NCBI GenBank assembly: GCA_035462575.1
Contig: DATHUD010000178.1
Span: forward strand, 1-51,921
Direction: 5' to 3'
DNA length: 51,921 nt
Origin: Thermoanaerobaculia bacterium
GTDB lineage: Bacteria > Acidobacteriota > Thermoanaerobaculia > Multivoradales > UBA5704
The number at the start of each line of letters is the position of its first letter. The stretch's first letter is position 1. Under the pieces are notes generated by a model that saw nothing but the letters and a program-made list of their open reading frames with translations, was not told the DNA's origin and searched no databases. The position numbers and the translations under genes are program-made. This document shows, one piece after another, positions 26,201 through 50,898 of this stretch.

Positions 26201-29200
26201 AGCTCGCCGTAGGTGAGGGTCCGGCCCGGGGCGATCACGGCGGCGCGCTCCGGGTGCCGGGCCGCCTGGGCGAGAAACGGCTCGTGGAGGAGGCCCCGGG
26301 GAACCGGCGCGGCCGTGGCGTTGACCTCCTCGCGCCGGGCGAGCTGGGCGGCCGGGATCGATGCCGTGACCGGTCCCGTCCAGACGTCCGGGTCGGCCAG
26401 CCGCTCGAGGAGCTCCCGGTAGGCGGCGAACAGGCCGTCCAGCATCCCGGCGGGGAAGAGGGCCTGGACGGCGTCCCAGTTGAAGACGAGGGCGCCGCCC
26501 CGCTCGCTCACCTGGTGGTCCAGGAGCACCTGCGGGGTCTGGGAGATGGCATAGACCGGCTCCACGGGCAGCGCCGGGGCGGGGGGGCCCTCGCGCGCGG
26601 CTTCGAGGCCGAGCGTGCTGGTGAAGACGACCGGCGAGGCCGGCCGGGCGAGCGCGCCCTGCGAGCGCGCCGTCTCGCGCAGCACCTCGACGCCGCTCAC
26701 GTGGCGGTGGTCGAGATCGCTCCAGAGCTGCCGTTGGACCGCCTGCGCCCGCCGCTCGAAGCTCTCCCCGGGCGAGCGCTCGACCTCCAGGAGGATCGTG
26801 GAGGTGAAGTCCCCCACGAGCTTCTCGACGTCCGGGTGGAGGGGGAGCCGGTTGAACAGGGTGAGCACGATCGTGAAGCGGGACGTCTTGCTCCAGGTCC
26901 CCAGCACCTCGGAGAAGGCGGCGAGCAGCAGGCCCGACGGGGTGACGCCGGAGCAGAGGGCCCGCTCTTTGAGGCGCGACCACGCTGGAGGTTCGAGCCG
27001 CGCGCTGCGGCGGACGAAGGTCTGCTCGCGGAGCGCTCCGAGACTCTGGGCGAGCGGGAGCTCCGGGCCCGGCGGGAGGGTTTCCAGGCGCCTCTGCCAG
27101 TACTCCCGGGAGCGGCGGAAGGTCTCGGTGTCGCGCCGGGCGATCCCGGCGAGCACGTAGTCGCGGAAGGACAGCTCCAGCGGATCGCCGAGCGGGGCGT
27201 CCGGCTCCGCGTAGGCTTTGAGCAGCTCCCGGGTGAGGAGGCCGAAGCTCCAGGCGTCGGCGATCAGGTAATCGAAGCTGAAAAAGAGGCGGACGCGGCC
27301 CCCCGGCAGAAGGCCGGCGCGGATCTCGAAGAGCGGCCAGCGGTCGATCGCGAGGCTCTGGTGCGACATCCGCTCGCGGCGCTCGGCGAGCCGCGCGGAG
27401 ACCGCCTCGGGCGACTCCCGCCGGAGATCCTCCACCTCGATCCGGTAGGGCGGCACCTCGGGCAGGACCTTCTGCCGCCCGTCGGGGAGGAAGACGGCGC
27501 GCAACATGTCGTGCCGGTCGATCAGCCGCTGCCAGGCCCGCTCCAGCCGCGCGAGGTCGAGCCCCTCGCCTTCGAGCTCGACGTAGCGGTGCGAGGTCAC
27601 GTGGCCGAGCTCCAGCTCGCCCGTGCGCCCCACCCAATAAGCCTGCTGGATGTCGGTCAACGGGAACGGCAGGTGGCGGTCCGCCGGGACGGGCCGCAGG
27701 GGCTCGAAGGAAGCCGCGCCGCCGCTCTCCCGGCTTTCGAGGAGGACGGCCAGATCGGCGACCGTGGGCGCCTCGAAGAGCGAGCGCAGGCCGATCTCCC
27801 GGCCGAGCGCCTCCTCGATGCGGAAGACGAGCCGGGTCGCCAGAAGCGAGTGGCCGCCCAGCGCGAAGAAGTCGTCGTGCACCCCCACCGTCTCGCGGCC
27901 GAGCACCTCGCGCCAGAGGGCGGCCAGCGCCTCTTCGAGCGGTGTCCGCGGCGCGACGGCCGTGGTCTCCGGGGATTCGGCCGGCTCGGGCAGAGCGCGG
28001 CGGTCCACCTTGCCGTTGGGGGTGAGCGGCAGGCGTTCCAGGATCACGAAGGCGGACGGCACCATGGGCTGGGGGAGCCTCTCGCGGATGCCTTCCCGCA
28101 GCGCGGCGGCGGTGACCTCGCGGCCGGGGACCACGTAGGCGACCAGCCGCTCCTCTCGGGCCACGACGACCGCTTCGCGAACGCCGGGCAACGAGGCGAG
28201 GACCGCCTCGATCTCCCCGGGCTCGATCCGGTAGCCCCGGATCTTCACCTGGAGGTCGGCGCGGCCGTGGAAGTCCACCTCGCCGTTCGGGAGATAGCGG
28301 CCGAGGTCGCCCGTCCCGTAGAGGTCCGCGACGAACCGCTCCCGCGTCAGCTCCGGGTCGTTCAGATAGCCGGCGGCGAGATACGGCGTGCGGATCGCGA
28401 TCTCGCCCAGCTCGCCCACGCCGGCCAGCTCTCCTGCCGGATTGCGCACGAGGAGCTGGACCCCGTCGATCCCCCGGCCGAGCGGGATTCTCTCCCGCTC
28501 GGGCTCCTGGACGACGTGATACCCCATGCCCTGGGGCGTTTCGGTCGCGCCGTAGTAGGAGACGACGGTACACCCGGGAGCCAGGCGCCGCAGCCGCTCG
28601 AGGCTCCGCCGGGTCAGCACGTCGCCGCCGAAGAAGGCGTAGCGGAGCGCCGGAAGCTCCTCGCCGCGCGTCTCCGTGAGGATCTCGCTCATCGCGGGCG
28701 TCAGGTGGGCAACCGTGATTTCTTCCCCGCGCATCCAGCGGGCGAGGCGGCCCGCCGCCAAAGCTTCGGGGTCGGGGATGCAGAGGGTGGCTCCGGCCGT
28801 GAGCGGCGTCAGGAGATCGCGCAGCAGCGGATCGTGGGCGAGCCCCGAGAGCAGGCTGAACCGGTCGGATTCGCCGAGGCCGAACCGCTCGCGGTGCCAC
28901 GCCAGGAAGTGCGAGAGCGGGCGGTGCGGGCCCGCGACCGCCTTGGGCGTGCCGGTCGAGCCCGAGGTGAAGGCCACGTAGGCGAGGTCGTCCGGCCCGG
29001 TGACGACGTCGGGAGCGGGCAGATCCGGCAGGGCTGCCGGCAGATCGAGCCGCGGGCAGCCTTCCAGAGATTCCGGCAAGGAGCCGGCCGCCTCCATCCG
29101 CAGCAGGGCTTTCGGTGCGGCAATCCGGAAGATCTCGGCGAGCCGCGCGGCCGGGTAGGCGGAGTCGAGGATCGTGAAGGCCGCGCCCGCCCGGAGCGTG

Positions 29201-32200
29201 CCGAGCACGGCCAGGGCGAGCGGAGCGCTCCGATGGGCGTAGATCGCGACCCGGTCTCCTTTCCGGACACCCTGCGCCGCGAGCCAGCCGGCGAGCCGGC
29301 GGCTCTCTACATCCAGCTCCCCGTAGGTCCAGGCTCCGGAGACCGCCGTCCGCTCCGGATGCCGTCGCGCCCGCTCGGCAAACATTTCGTGCGCGGCGTC
29401 TTCCCAGACCGGCGGCAGCGGGGCTTTGGGATCGGGCAGCAGACCCCGGGCGCGCTCCGTCACGAGCGACAGGCTCCCCACGGGGGCTTCGGGACGCGCG
29501 AGCGCCTGCTCCAGGAAAAGCTCGTACTGCGCGAGCAGCTCCTCCATGCGCGCCGCATCGAACAGGTCGGCGTTGTAGACCAGCTCGATCCGGAGCGTCT
29601 CCCCGGCTTCGGCCACGTAGAAGGTCATGTCGAACTTCGACGGGAGGGCCGGGAGGGCGACCGCCTCCAGGGTGAGCCCCGGCAGGCGCAGCTCGGCCGG
29701 CGGCAGGTTGAGCAGATTGAACATCACCTGGAAAAGCGGCGTGCGGGAGAGGTCGCGCTGCTGTGGCAGCTCGGCGAGCAACGCTTCGAAGGGCACGTCC
29801 TGGTGCGAGAACGCGCCGAGCGTGACCTCGCGCACGCGGGCCACCAGCTCCGCGAAGCCCGGGGAGCCGGAGAGGTCCGTGCGGAGGACGAGGGTGTTCA
29901 GGAAGATCCCGATCAGCCGCTCCGTCTCGACCGTCCGCCGGCCCGCGACGGGCGTCCCCACCAGGACGTCCTCCTGGCCGCTCTGGCGACCGAGGAGCGC
30001 CTTGGCTGCCGCGAGGAGAACCATGAAGAGGGTGGCCCCCCGCTCCCGGGCAAAGGCGCGCAGCCTTCCGGTCGCCGTGGAAGTGAGGACAAGCTCGCGA
30101 TGCCCGCCGCGGAAGGTCTGGACGGCCGGGCGCGGCCGGTCGGCCGGCAGCTCCAGGGGGGCGATCTCGCCTTCCAGCCGTTCGCGCCACCAGGCGAGGT
30201 CCGCCTCGCGGGTCTCCTCGACCGCCTCGCGCTGCCAGACCGCGAAGTCGGCGTACTGGACCGGCAGCTCCGGCAGGGGGGACGGCCGGCCCTGGGAGAA
30301 GGCGTCGTAGAGCGCGGCGATCTCGCGGACGAAGACCCCGACCGACCAGCCGTCGCAGACGACGTGGTGGAAGACGGCGAGGAAGCGGTGGCGGTCCGGC
30401 CCGAGCCGCAGCAGGAGCGCGTCGATCAGGGGACCGCGCGCGAGGTCGAAGCTCCGGCGGGCGTGCTCCGCGGCGATCCGCCCGGCCTCCTCCTCGGGGA
30501 CGTCGATCACGGGCAGGGGGATCTCGAGCGCCGGAAGGATCTTCTGGCGGGGCGCGCCGTCGACCGTGGGGAAGATTGTCCGCAGCGATTCATGCCGGCG
30601 CACCACCTCGGCCAGGGAAGCAGCGAGAGCGTCCCCGCGGAGAGCCCCGCGGATCTCGACCACGCCGGGCATGTTGTAGGTGGGAGCGCCCGGCTCCAGC
30701 CGGTCCAGCACCCAGAGCCGCTCCTGCGAAAACGAGAGGGGGAGGGTCGCGCCCGGCGGGTGCGGGAGCCGAGGGATGGCGAGGCCCGGGCCTCCGCCCC
30801 CCACCTCCGCGGCCAGGGCCTCGACGGTCGTGGCCTCGAACAGCTTGCGCAGCGGCAGGCTCACACCGAAGGCCGCGCGGACCCGGGCGGCGACACGGGT
30901 GGCGAGCAGCGAGTGGCCACCCAGGGCGAAGAAGTCGTCGCGGGCCCCCACCCTCGCGATCCCGAGGACCTCTTCGAAGATCCCGGCGAGAAGCTCCTCG
31001 GCCGGCGTGCGCGGCGCGACGAAGCCGTCCTCCGCGGACACGGCCGGCTCCAGGAGGGCCAGGGCCTTGCGGTCGATCTTGCCGTTGGGCGTCCGGGGCA
31101 GCTCCGGGAGGCTCACCCAGTCGAGGGGCACCATGGCCTCGGGGAGCGTCTCGCGGAGAAACGCGCGCAGAGCGGCGGGTTCGGCCACCCCGGCGACATA
31201 GGCCGCGAGGCGCGCGCCCTCCCGGACGAGGACGACCGCCTGGTCCACGCCGGGATGCCGGGCGAGGGTGGCCTCGATCTCCCCCAGCTCGATCCGCACG
31301 CCGCGGATCTTGACCAGGTGGTCGATGCGGCCGAGAAATTCGAGCCCGTCCGGCCGCCACCGCCCGAGGTCGCCTGTACGGTACAGCCTTGCTCCAGGGA
31401 TGTCCGCAAACGGATCGGGGCCGCAGCGCTCCGCGGTCTCCGCCGGCCGCTCGAAGTAGCCCCGGCCCACCGGCACGCCGCCGATGCAGATCTCGCCGGG
31501 CACTCCCAGGGGAGAGAGCCCGAGGTTGCGGTCGAGCACGAGGAGGCGGGTGTTGTGGATCGCAGAACCGAGCCGGAGGGGCTGCTCCGGCTTCAAGCGA
31601 CGAGCTGTCACATCGATCGTCGCTTCGGTGGGACCGTAGAGATCGACCAGCTCGGCATCCATCGCGCGGAAGAAGCGGTCTCGGACGTCAGCCGTCAGCG
31701 CTTCTCCGCCCAGGAAGACGCGGCGCAGGCCGCGGCAATCTCCCAGCCCTTCGTCGAGGAGATCCCCCAGCATGGAGGGGACCGACTGGAGGATCGTGAT
31801 CCTCTGTGCATGGGCGGCGCGGACGAGCGCCGCGGGATCCCGGTGCTCTCCCGGTCGGGCCATCACCACGGTGCCCCCGACCATCAGGGGCGACCAGAAT
31901 TCCCAGATCGAGGCGTCGAATCCGAAGGGGGCCCTCTGGAGCAACCGGTCGCTGGGCCTGAAGGGAAACGCTTCCTGCAGCCAGAGGAGGTTGTTGACGA
32001 GGGAGCGATGCTCGATCATCACCCCCTTGGGCCTTCCCGTCGAGCCGGAGGTGAAGAGGAGATAGGCCAGGGCGTTGTCCGGAACCGGGAGGTGCAGGGG
32101 CTCCCCGCTCCCCGAGGAGGAGAGCTCCGCGATCCGTTCCCGGTCGAGGACCACCGTGGGCCGGGCGTCCTCGATCATCGCCGCCACGCGCTCGGCCGGG

Positions 32201-33932
32201 TAGTCCGGATCGAGGGGGAGGTAGGCGCCGCCGGCTTTGAGCACGCCGAGAAGGCCGACGACCATCTCGGCCGAGCGCTCGACGGAGAGACCCACCCGGG
32301 CGTCGGGGCCCACCCCCATCGCCGCCAAGTGACGAGCGAGGCGGTTGGACCGCTCCTCGAGATCCTGGTAGGTGAGCGTGACCTCGTCTGCGACGACCGC
32401 CGGAGCCTTGGGAGTGCGGGTCACCTGGGCCTCCACCAGCTCGTGGACCAGGAGTCCCTCCGGCCGGGGGACCCGAGTCCCTTCGGCGATGAGCTGCCGG
32501 CGCTGCGCCGCAGAGAGGATCGCGAGCTCCCCGATCCGCCGCTCCGGCACTTCGAGGACCGCCGCGATCAGCGCTTCGTGATGCGAGAGCAACCGCTCGG
32601 CGGTCGCCTCCTCGAAGAGGTCGGCGCTCCATTCGAGCATGCCCAGGAAGCGCCCGTCCTCTTCGCTCCAGAGGAGGCTCAGGTCGAGCTTGGCCACCCC
32701 GGACTCGACCGGGAGCGGCGTGAGCCGGACACCGCCCATCCGCATCTCCGGCCAGGGCTGGTTCTGGAGGGCGCAGAGGACCTGGAAGAGCGGGTTCCGG
32801 TCCGTGGACCGCTCGACCTCCAGGTGCTCGACCAGCTTCTCGAAGGGGAGCTCGTCGTGGGCATAGGCGGCGAGCGTCGTCTCCCGGACGCGCCCCAGGA
32901 GCTCGCGGAAGCCGGGATCGCCCGAGAGGTCGGTGCGCAGCACCAGCGTGTTGACGAAGAACCCGACCAGCCCCTCGACCTCGCTCCGGCCGCGGTTGGC
33001 GACCGGAGAGCCGGCCGCGAGGTCGGTCTGGCCGGAATAGCGAGAGAGCAGAGTCTGACAGAGCGCGAGAAGCACCATGAACGGCGTGGCCCCGTGGGCC
33101 CGGCCGAGCTCGCGCAAGCGCTCGGAAGCTCCGGACGAGAGGGCCTGCCGCAGATGCCCGCCACGGTGGCTCGGGACGGGCGGGCGTGGCCGGTCGGTGG
33201 GGAGCTCCAGGGGTTCCAGCCCGGTGAGCCGGCCGCGCCACCAGGCGAGCTCCGCGTCGAGCTTCTCGCCGCTCAGGCGCTCGCGCTGCCAGAGCGCGAA
33301 GTCCGCGTACTGGATCGGCGGCTCGGGCAGCGGCGACGGCCGGTCCTCCCGGAACGCCTCGTAGAGGGCCGTCATCTCCCGGATCAGCACGGTCATGGAC
33401 CAGCCGTCCGAGACGATGTGGTGCATCGTCACGAGGAGAACGTGGTCCTCCGCGGACAGGCGCAGGAGCGCCAGGCGGAGCAGCGGGCCGCGGACGAGGT
33501 CGAACGGCCGCCGCGCCTCCTCGGCCGCGAGGCGCTCCCCCTCGGCGGGATCCGGGACGTCGGCGAGAGGCAGGGCGACCCGGTCCGGAGGCGGAGCGAC
33601 GGCCTGGAGAGGGCGGCCGTCCTCGGCCACGAACGTGGTGCGCAGCGACTCGTGCCGGCGGACGAGCTCCGTCCAGGTGCGCGAGAGCGCCCTGACGTCG
33701 AGAGGGCCCGTGAGGCGGAGGGCGGCCGGGACGTTGTAGGGGGACGTGCCCTCCCCGAGCTGGTCCAGGAACCAGAGCCGTTCCTGGGAGAAGGAGAGCG
33801 GCAGGGGGCCCGCGCTCGCGGCCCGGGGGCGGATCGGCTCGTCGCCGGCCGCCCGGTCCTTCTCCTTGAGCTTCGCGGCGAGCGCGCGGAGCCGGTCGGC
33901 GGAGAGCGCGGCGACCCGCTTCGAAGCTTCGG

Positions 33933-33936
<4 letters not shown>
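23284..33936 (-). CDS. NRPS 2: C-A(Gln)-T-C-A(Lys2-type, substrate unknown)-T-Cy-A(Cys)-T-LLM (luciferase-like monooxygenase); no TE or R
   Basis: 3550 aa.
- Module 1: C1 has MHHIVSDGWS. A1 is aa ~500-955 (nt ~31072-32439) with code DAWQFGLIDK. T1 is GGHS(1009)L.
- Module 2: C2 has FHHVVCDGWS. A2 is aa ~1520-1990 (nt ~27967-29379) and carries SGLAHDPLLRD in place of FDxS, with code DPRHFGYQGK. T2 Ser is 2030.
- Module 3: Cy is aa 2091-~2520 (nt ~26376-27666) with FPLTDIQQAYWVGR, the DxxxxD motif FDYLIAD at 27256-27273, and QTPQVLLDHQ. A3 is aa ~2574-3044 (nt ~24800-26217) with code DLYNLSLIWK. T3 is GGNS(3094)L.
- LLM is aa 3190-3550 (nt 23287-24369), starting ISFSLFYFASEE. Confidence 0.9.
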
Positions 33937-48230
<14,294 letters not shown>

Positions 48231-48279
48231 CAGGGAACAAAGACTAGACGAACCGGAGCCGGATTTGTTTGGTTCTAGG

Positions 48280-50553
48280 CTAGATCTCCAGCAGGTACGT
48301 GAACTTCAGGATGACCTCGCGGTCCCCCTCGGACAGGTCGCTGAAGCTGGGCGCGTTCCAGTTCTGGTTGAAGACGATGAACAGGTCGGCCCCGGGCCGG
48401 TAGAGCCAGTTGAACCGGAGGTTGAGCGACAGGAGCTCCGCCAGGTCGTTGTACTGGATGTAGCTGTTGGTAAACAGCGTCGGGCTGAACGAGAGGCCGA
48501 TCCGCTGGCGGACGATGTTCGCGGTGAACGCGCCGCCGGGCAGCTCGATGTCGTTGTAGACCCAGGTGGTGTCGCTGCGCAGGTAGCGGCTCGCCCGGAT
48601 GCCCAGGGTGACCGCGCTGCTCAGGCGGTCGCCGCCGTAGTACTCGCCCGCGAGGACGAAGCCGTCGACCCCGAAGCGGCGGCTGTTGTTTGTCGCGAAG
48701 GTGATTCCCGCGTCGTTGAAGGTGTATTCGCCGGCCGGGACGACCACCCCGGGGCTGATCGAAAACGCGGCGGGGACCCGGTCCACCGTGTGGTCCGCGA
48801 AGACGGAGAACGCATCCTCGCTCTGGAGCCGGAGGCCGAACAGGGTGGCTCCCACCTCGATCGTCTGCGTCTCGTTGTCGAGGTCGGTGATGACGTCGCC
48901 GGTCACCCCGTAGATGTAGTTGCGCACCCGGCCCTGCGTCTTGGGGCGCGGGTTGTAGGTGAACCGGGGCACGTAGCGGCGGATGTCGCTGCGCAGCAGG
49001 AAGCCCGCCGAAGGCTCGTAGCCCTCGTCGATCTGGAGAAAGTCGAAGGCGACCCCCGTCACCGGCCCTTGCCAGGCGGCGCGGGCCCCGCCGGCCCAGC
49101 CGTCCCGGTTCTCGAAGCCGGCGAAGGGGATGTCGGTCGCGCTCCGCGTCACGAAGGCGCTCAGATTGCTGTACCGGTTGGGGTTGTAGTTGAGGTCCAG
49201 GCCGAAGACCTGGTTGGAGATCCCCTCTTCCTGGTCCCGGTTGGTGAAGATCATGCCGATGTTCGAGCGCTGGCCCACGTTGCGCTTGACCCGCACCACC
49301 CCCCAGTTGTCCTCCGGCTGCTCGAAGAAGGGGCTGGGCAGGTCGTAGTTGTCGGTCTGCGCGTCGAGCAGGCCGAAGCTCCAGGGACCCTGCCGGCCGG
49401 TGAGACGCGCACCCCACTCCATCGGCACCACCGTGCCGAAGGGGCTCACGCCGATGCGGCGGGAGAAGAAAGGCTTGAGGAACGGGGTTCCGGGCGGGTT
49501 GAACCCGAACTCGAAGATGCCGGCGTTCTCGAGGAAGAAGTCGCGCTTCTCGGGGAAGAAGAGAGAGAAGCGGGTGAGGTTGATCTGCTGATCGTCCACC
49601 TCGACCTCGGCGAAGTCGGTGTTGTAGGTCAGGTCCAGGGTGGTGGTGCGGGTGAGGCCCCACTTGATGTCGAGGCCGGCCTCAAGGTCGTCGTCCGAGA
49701 CCCTCCCCGTCGGGGTCCGGAAATTCGAGGCCGACCCCACGGCGAACGGCTTGATCCGCAGGTTCAGGCCCGGCTCGGGGCCGCGGATGCCGGTCAGCTC
49801 TCCGGCGAGAGAGACCCGGAACAGGCCCGCCTCGAGCGGTATCGACGCCCAGAAGACCTCCTCGTTCTTGTGCCGGATCAGCCGCCGCACCTGGAGCCCC
49901 CACGTGTCCTGGTTGGGATCGAAGCGCAGCGTGGCGAAGGGGATCTCCATCTCCGCCGACCACCCCTCGGGGGTCCGCTTCCCGACCGCCCGCCAGACGG
50001 CGTCCCACTGGACGTTGAAGTCCCGCCCTTCGTCGGTGACCAGGGCGTCGGTGAAGGCGCCGTTGGGGTTGACCTCGAAGAAGTAGGCGTTCCGGTTGTC
50101 GTTGAAAGTGTCGAGCAGCACGAGCACCGAGTCGTCGCGGAAGAGCGCGCCGTCGCGCTGCATCTCCTCGGCCACGACCGCGCCCGGATCGGAGGCGAGG
50201 GCGCGGATGCCGATGTAGAGCGCGGTGTCGGTGTAGACGACCCGGACTTCGGTCGCCTCCGTGGCCGGCTGTCCAGGATTCGGCTCGCGCTGGATGAAGT
50301 CGGTGCCCGCCTGGGCCTCCTGCCACACCGGCTCGTCCAGGAGACCGTCCAGCTTGATCGGCTCCAGGGCCTTGAGCGCCGCGAGGGACGGCCGCGGCGG
50401 GAGCGGGGCCTGCGGCGGCTGTCCGGGGCGGGGGCCGGGCGGCTGGGCCACCAGGGGAGCTGCCAGGAGGACACCGAGGCAGAGACCGGCCAGGCGTGGA
50501 AACAAGGACGTCGCGCTCGATCTGTACTTTGCCAAAATTCCTCCAGTTCGCAT
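48280..50553 (-). CDS. Outer-membrane protein with an N-terminal CBM9-like domain and a DUF5916-like beta-barrel
   Basis: 757 aa. The signal peptide is MRTGGILAKYRSSATSLFPRLAGLCLGVLLAAPLVAQ. Further motifs are IKLDGLLDEPVWQEA...YIGIRA...NRNAYFFEVNPNG...WSAEMEIPF. Long alternating beta-strand-like sequence runs to the C-terminal LKFTYLLEI. The ATG at 50551-50553 has a GGAG SD. Confidence 0.7.
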   Translation of the reverse strand: MRTGGILAKYRSSATSLFPRLAGLCLGVLLAAPLVAQPPGPRPGQPPQAPLPPRPSLAALKALEPIKLDGLLDEPVWQEAQAGTDFIQREPNPGQPATEATEVRVVYTDTALYIGIRALASDPGAVVAEEMQRDGALFRDDSVLVLLDTFNDNRNAYFFEVNPNGAFTDALVTDEGRDFNVQWDAVWRAVGKRTPEGWSAEMEIPFATLRFDPNQDTWGLQVRRLIRHKNEEVFWASIPLEAGLFRVSLAGELTGIRGPEPGLNLRIKPFAVGSASNFRTPTGRVSDDDLEAGLDIKWGLTRTTTLDLTYNTDFAEVEVDDQQINLTRFSLFFPEKRDFFLENAGIFEFGFNPPGTPFLKPFFSRRIGVSPFGTVVPMEWGARLTGRQGPWSFGLLDAQTDNYDLPSPFFEQPEDNWGVVRVKRNVGQRSNIGMIFTNRDQEEGISNQVFGLDLNYNPNRYSNLSAFVTRSATDIPFAGFENRDGWAGGARAAWQGPVTGVAFDFLQIDEGYEPSAGFLLRSDIRRYVPRFTYNPRPKTQGRVRNYIYGVTGDVITDLDNETQTIEVGATLFGLRLQSEDAFSVFADHTVDRVPAAFSISPGVVVPAGEYTFNDAGITFATNNSRRFGVDGFVLAGEYYGGDRLSSAVTLGIRASRYLRSDTTWVYNDIELPGGAFTANIVRQRIGLSFSPTLFTNSYIQYNDLAELLSLNLRFNWLYRPGADLFIVFNQNWNAPSFSDLSEGDREVILKFTYLLEI

Positions 50554-50676
50554 TCGTCACTCCGGGTGGAGCCAGTCCACCTGTCCCTCCATTAGGTGCT
50601 GGCACCCGGGCCCGACGAGACAAATGCGTGGAAAGGCTTCGAAACGCCGAGGAGATGTACGGGATAAGATGCAAGA

Positions 50677-50856
50677 ATGTTCCTGCCCGTGCTCCTGTTC
50701 TCTCTGTTTGCGCTGCTCAGCGCGGTAGGGGCCTACCTGATCTTCGCCCGCCAGCGGAGCCGGACGGCGGGGCTCTGGGCCGCAGCCGCCACGGTGCTGT
50801 TTTTCAGCGTCCTCTTCGCCGGTCTCCTGGCGCTGCTTCGAGACGCAGGGCTCTGA
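50677..50856 (+). CDS. Small two-TM membrane protein (59 aa), absent from the supplied ORF track
   Basis: My translation is MFLPVLLFSLFALLSAVGAYLIFARQRSRTAGLWAAAATVLFFSVLFAGLLALLRDAGL*. It has two hydrophobic helices joined by a positively charged loop. Codon position 3 is strongly G/C, as in the real genes. No clear SD. Confidence 0.4.
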   Translation: MFLPVLLFSLFALLSAVGAYLIFARQRSRTAGLWAAAATVLFFSVLFAGLLALLRDAGL

Positions 50857-50898
50857 ATCCAGCCGGGACGCGCACATTTTGCGTTACTGTCCATAACT

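Noticed and set aside
22901-30190. 2429-aa minus-strand ORF in an alternative frame. Others of the same kind occur at 31688..34003, 34000..37962, 38221..39606, 40291..42567 and 44653..46410.
   Set aside because: They are same-strand, out-of-frame shadows of the NRPS genes. Their composition is dominated by R/P/G/A and they carry no NRPS or other motifs.
50600-50605. TGGCAC hexamer upstream of the OMP region as a second sigma-54 promoter.
   Set aside because: No TTGC follows at the required 4-5-nt spacing; the downstream sequence is CCGGGCCCG. It is also on the strand opposite to the OMP gene.
50557-50877. 106-aa minus-strand ORF and 155-aa plus-strand ORF (50261..50728) in the OMP / DUF2007 intergenic region.
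   Set aside because: Neither has recognisable features. The minus-strand ORF is antisense to a much more protein-like two-TM ORF, and the plus-strand ORF mostly overlaps the OMP gene antisense.
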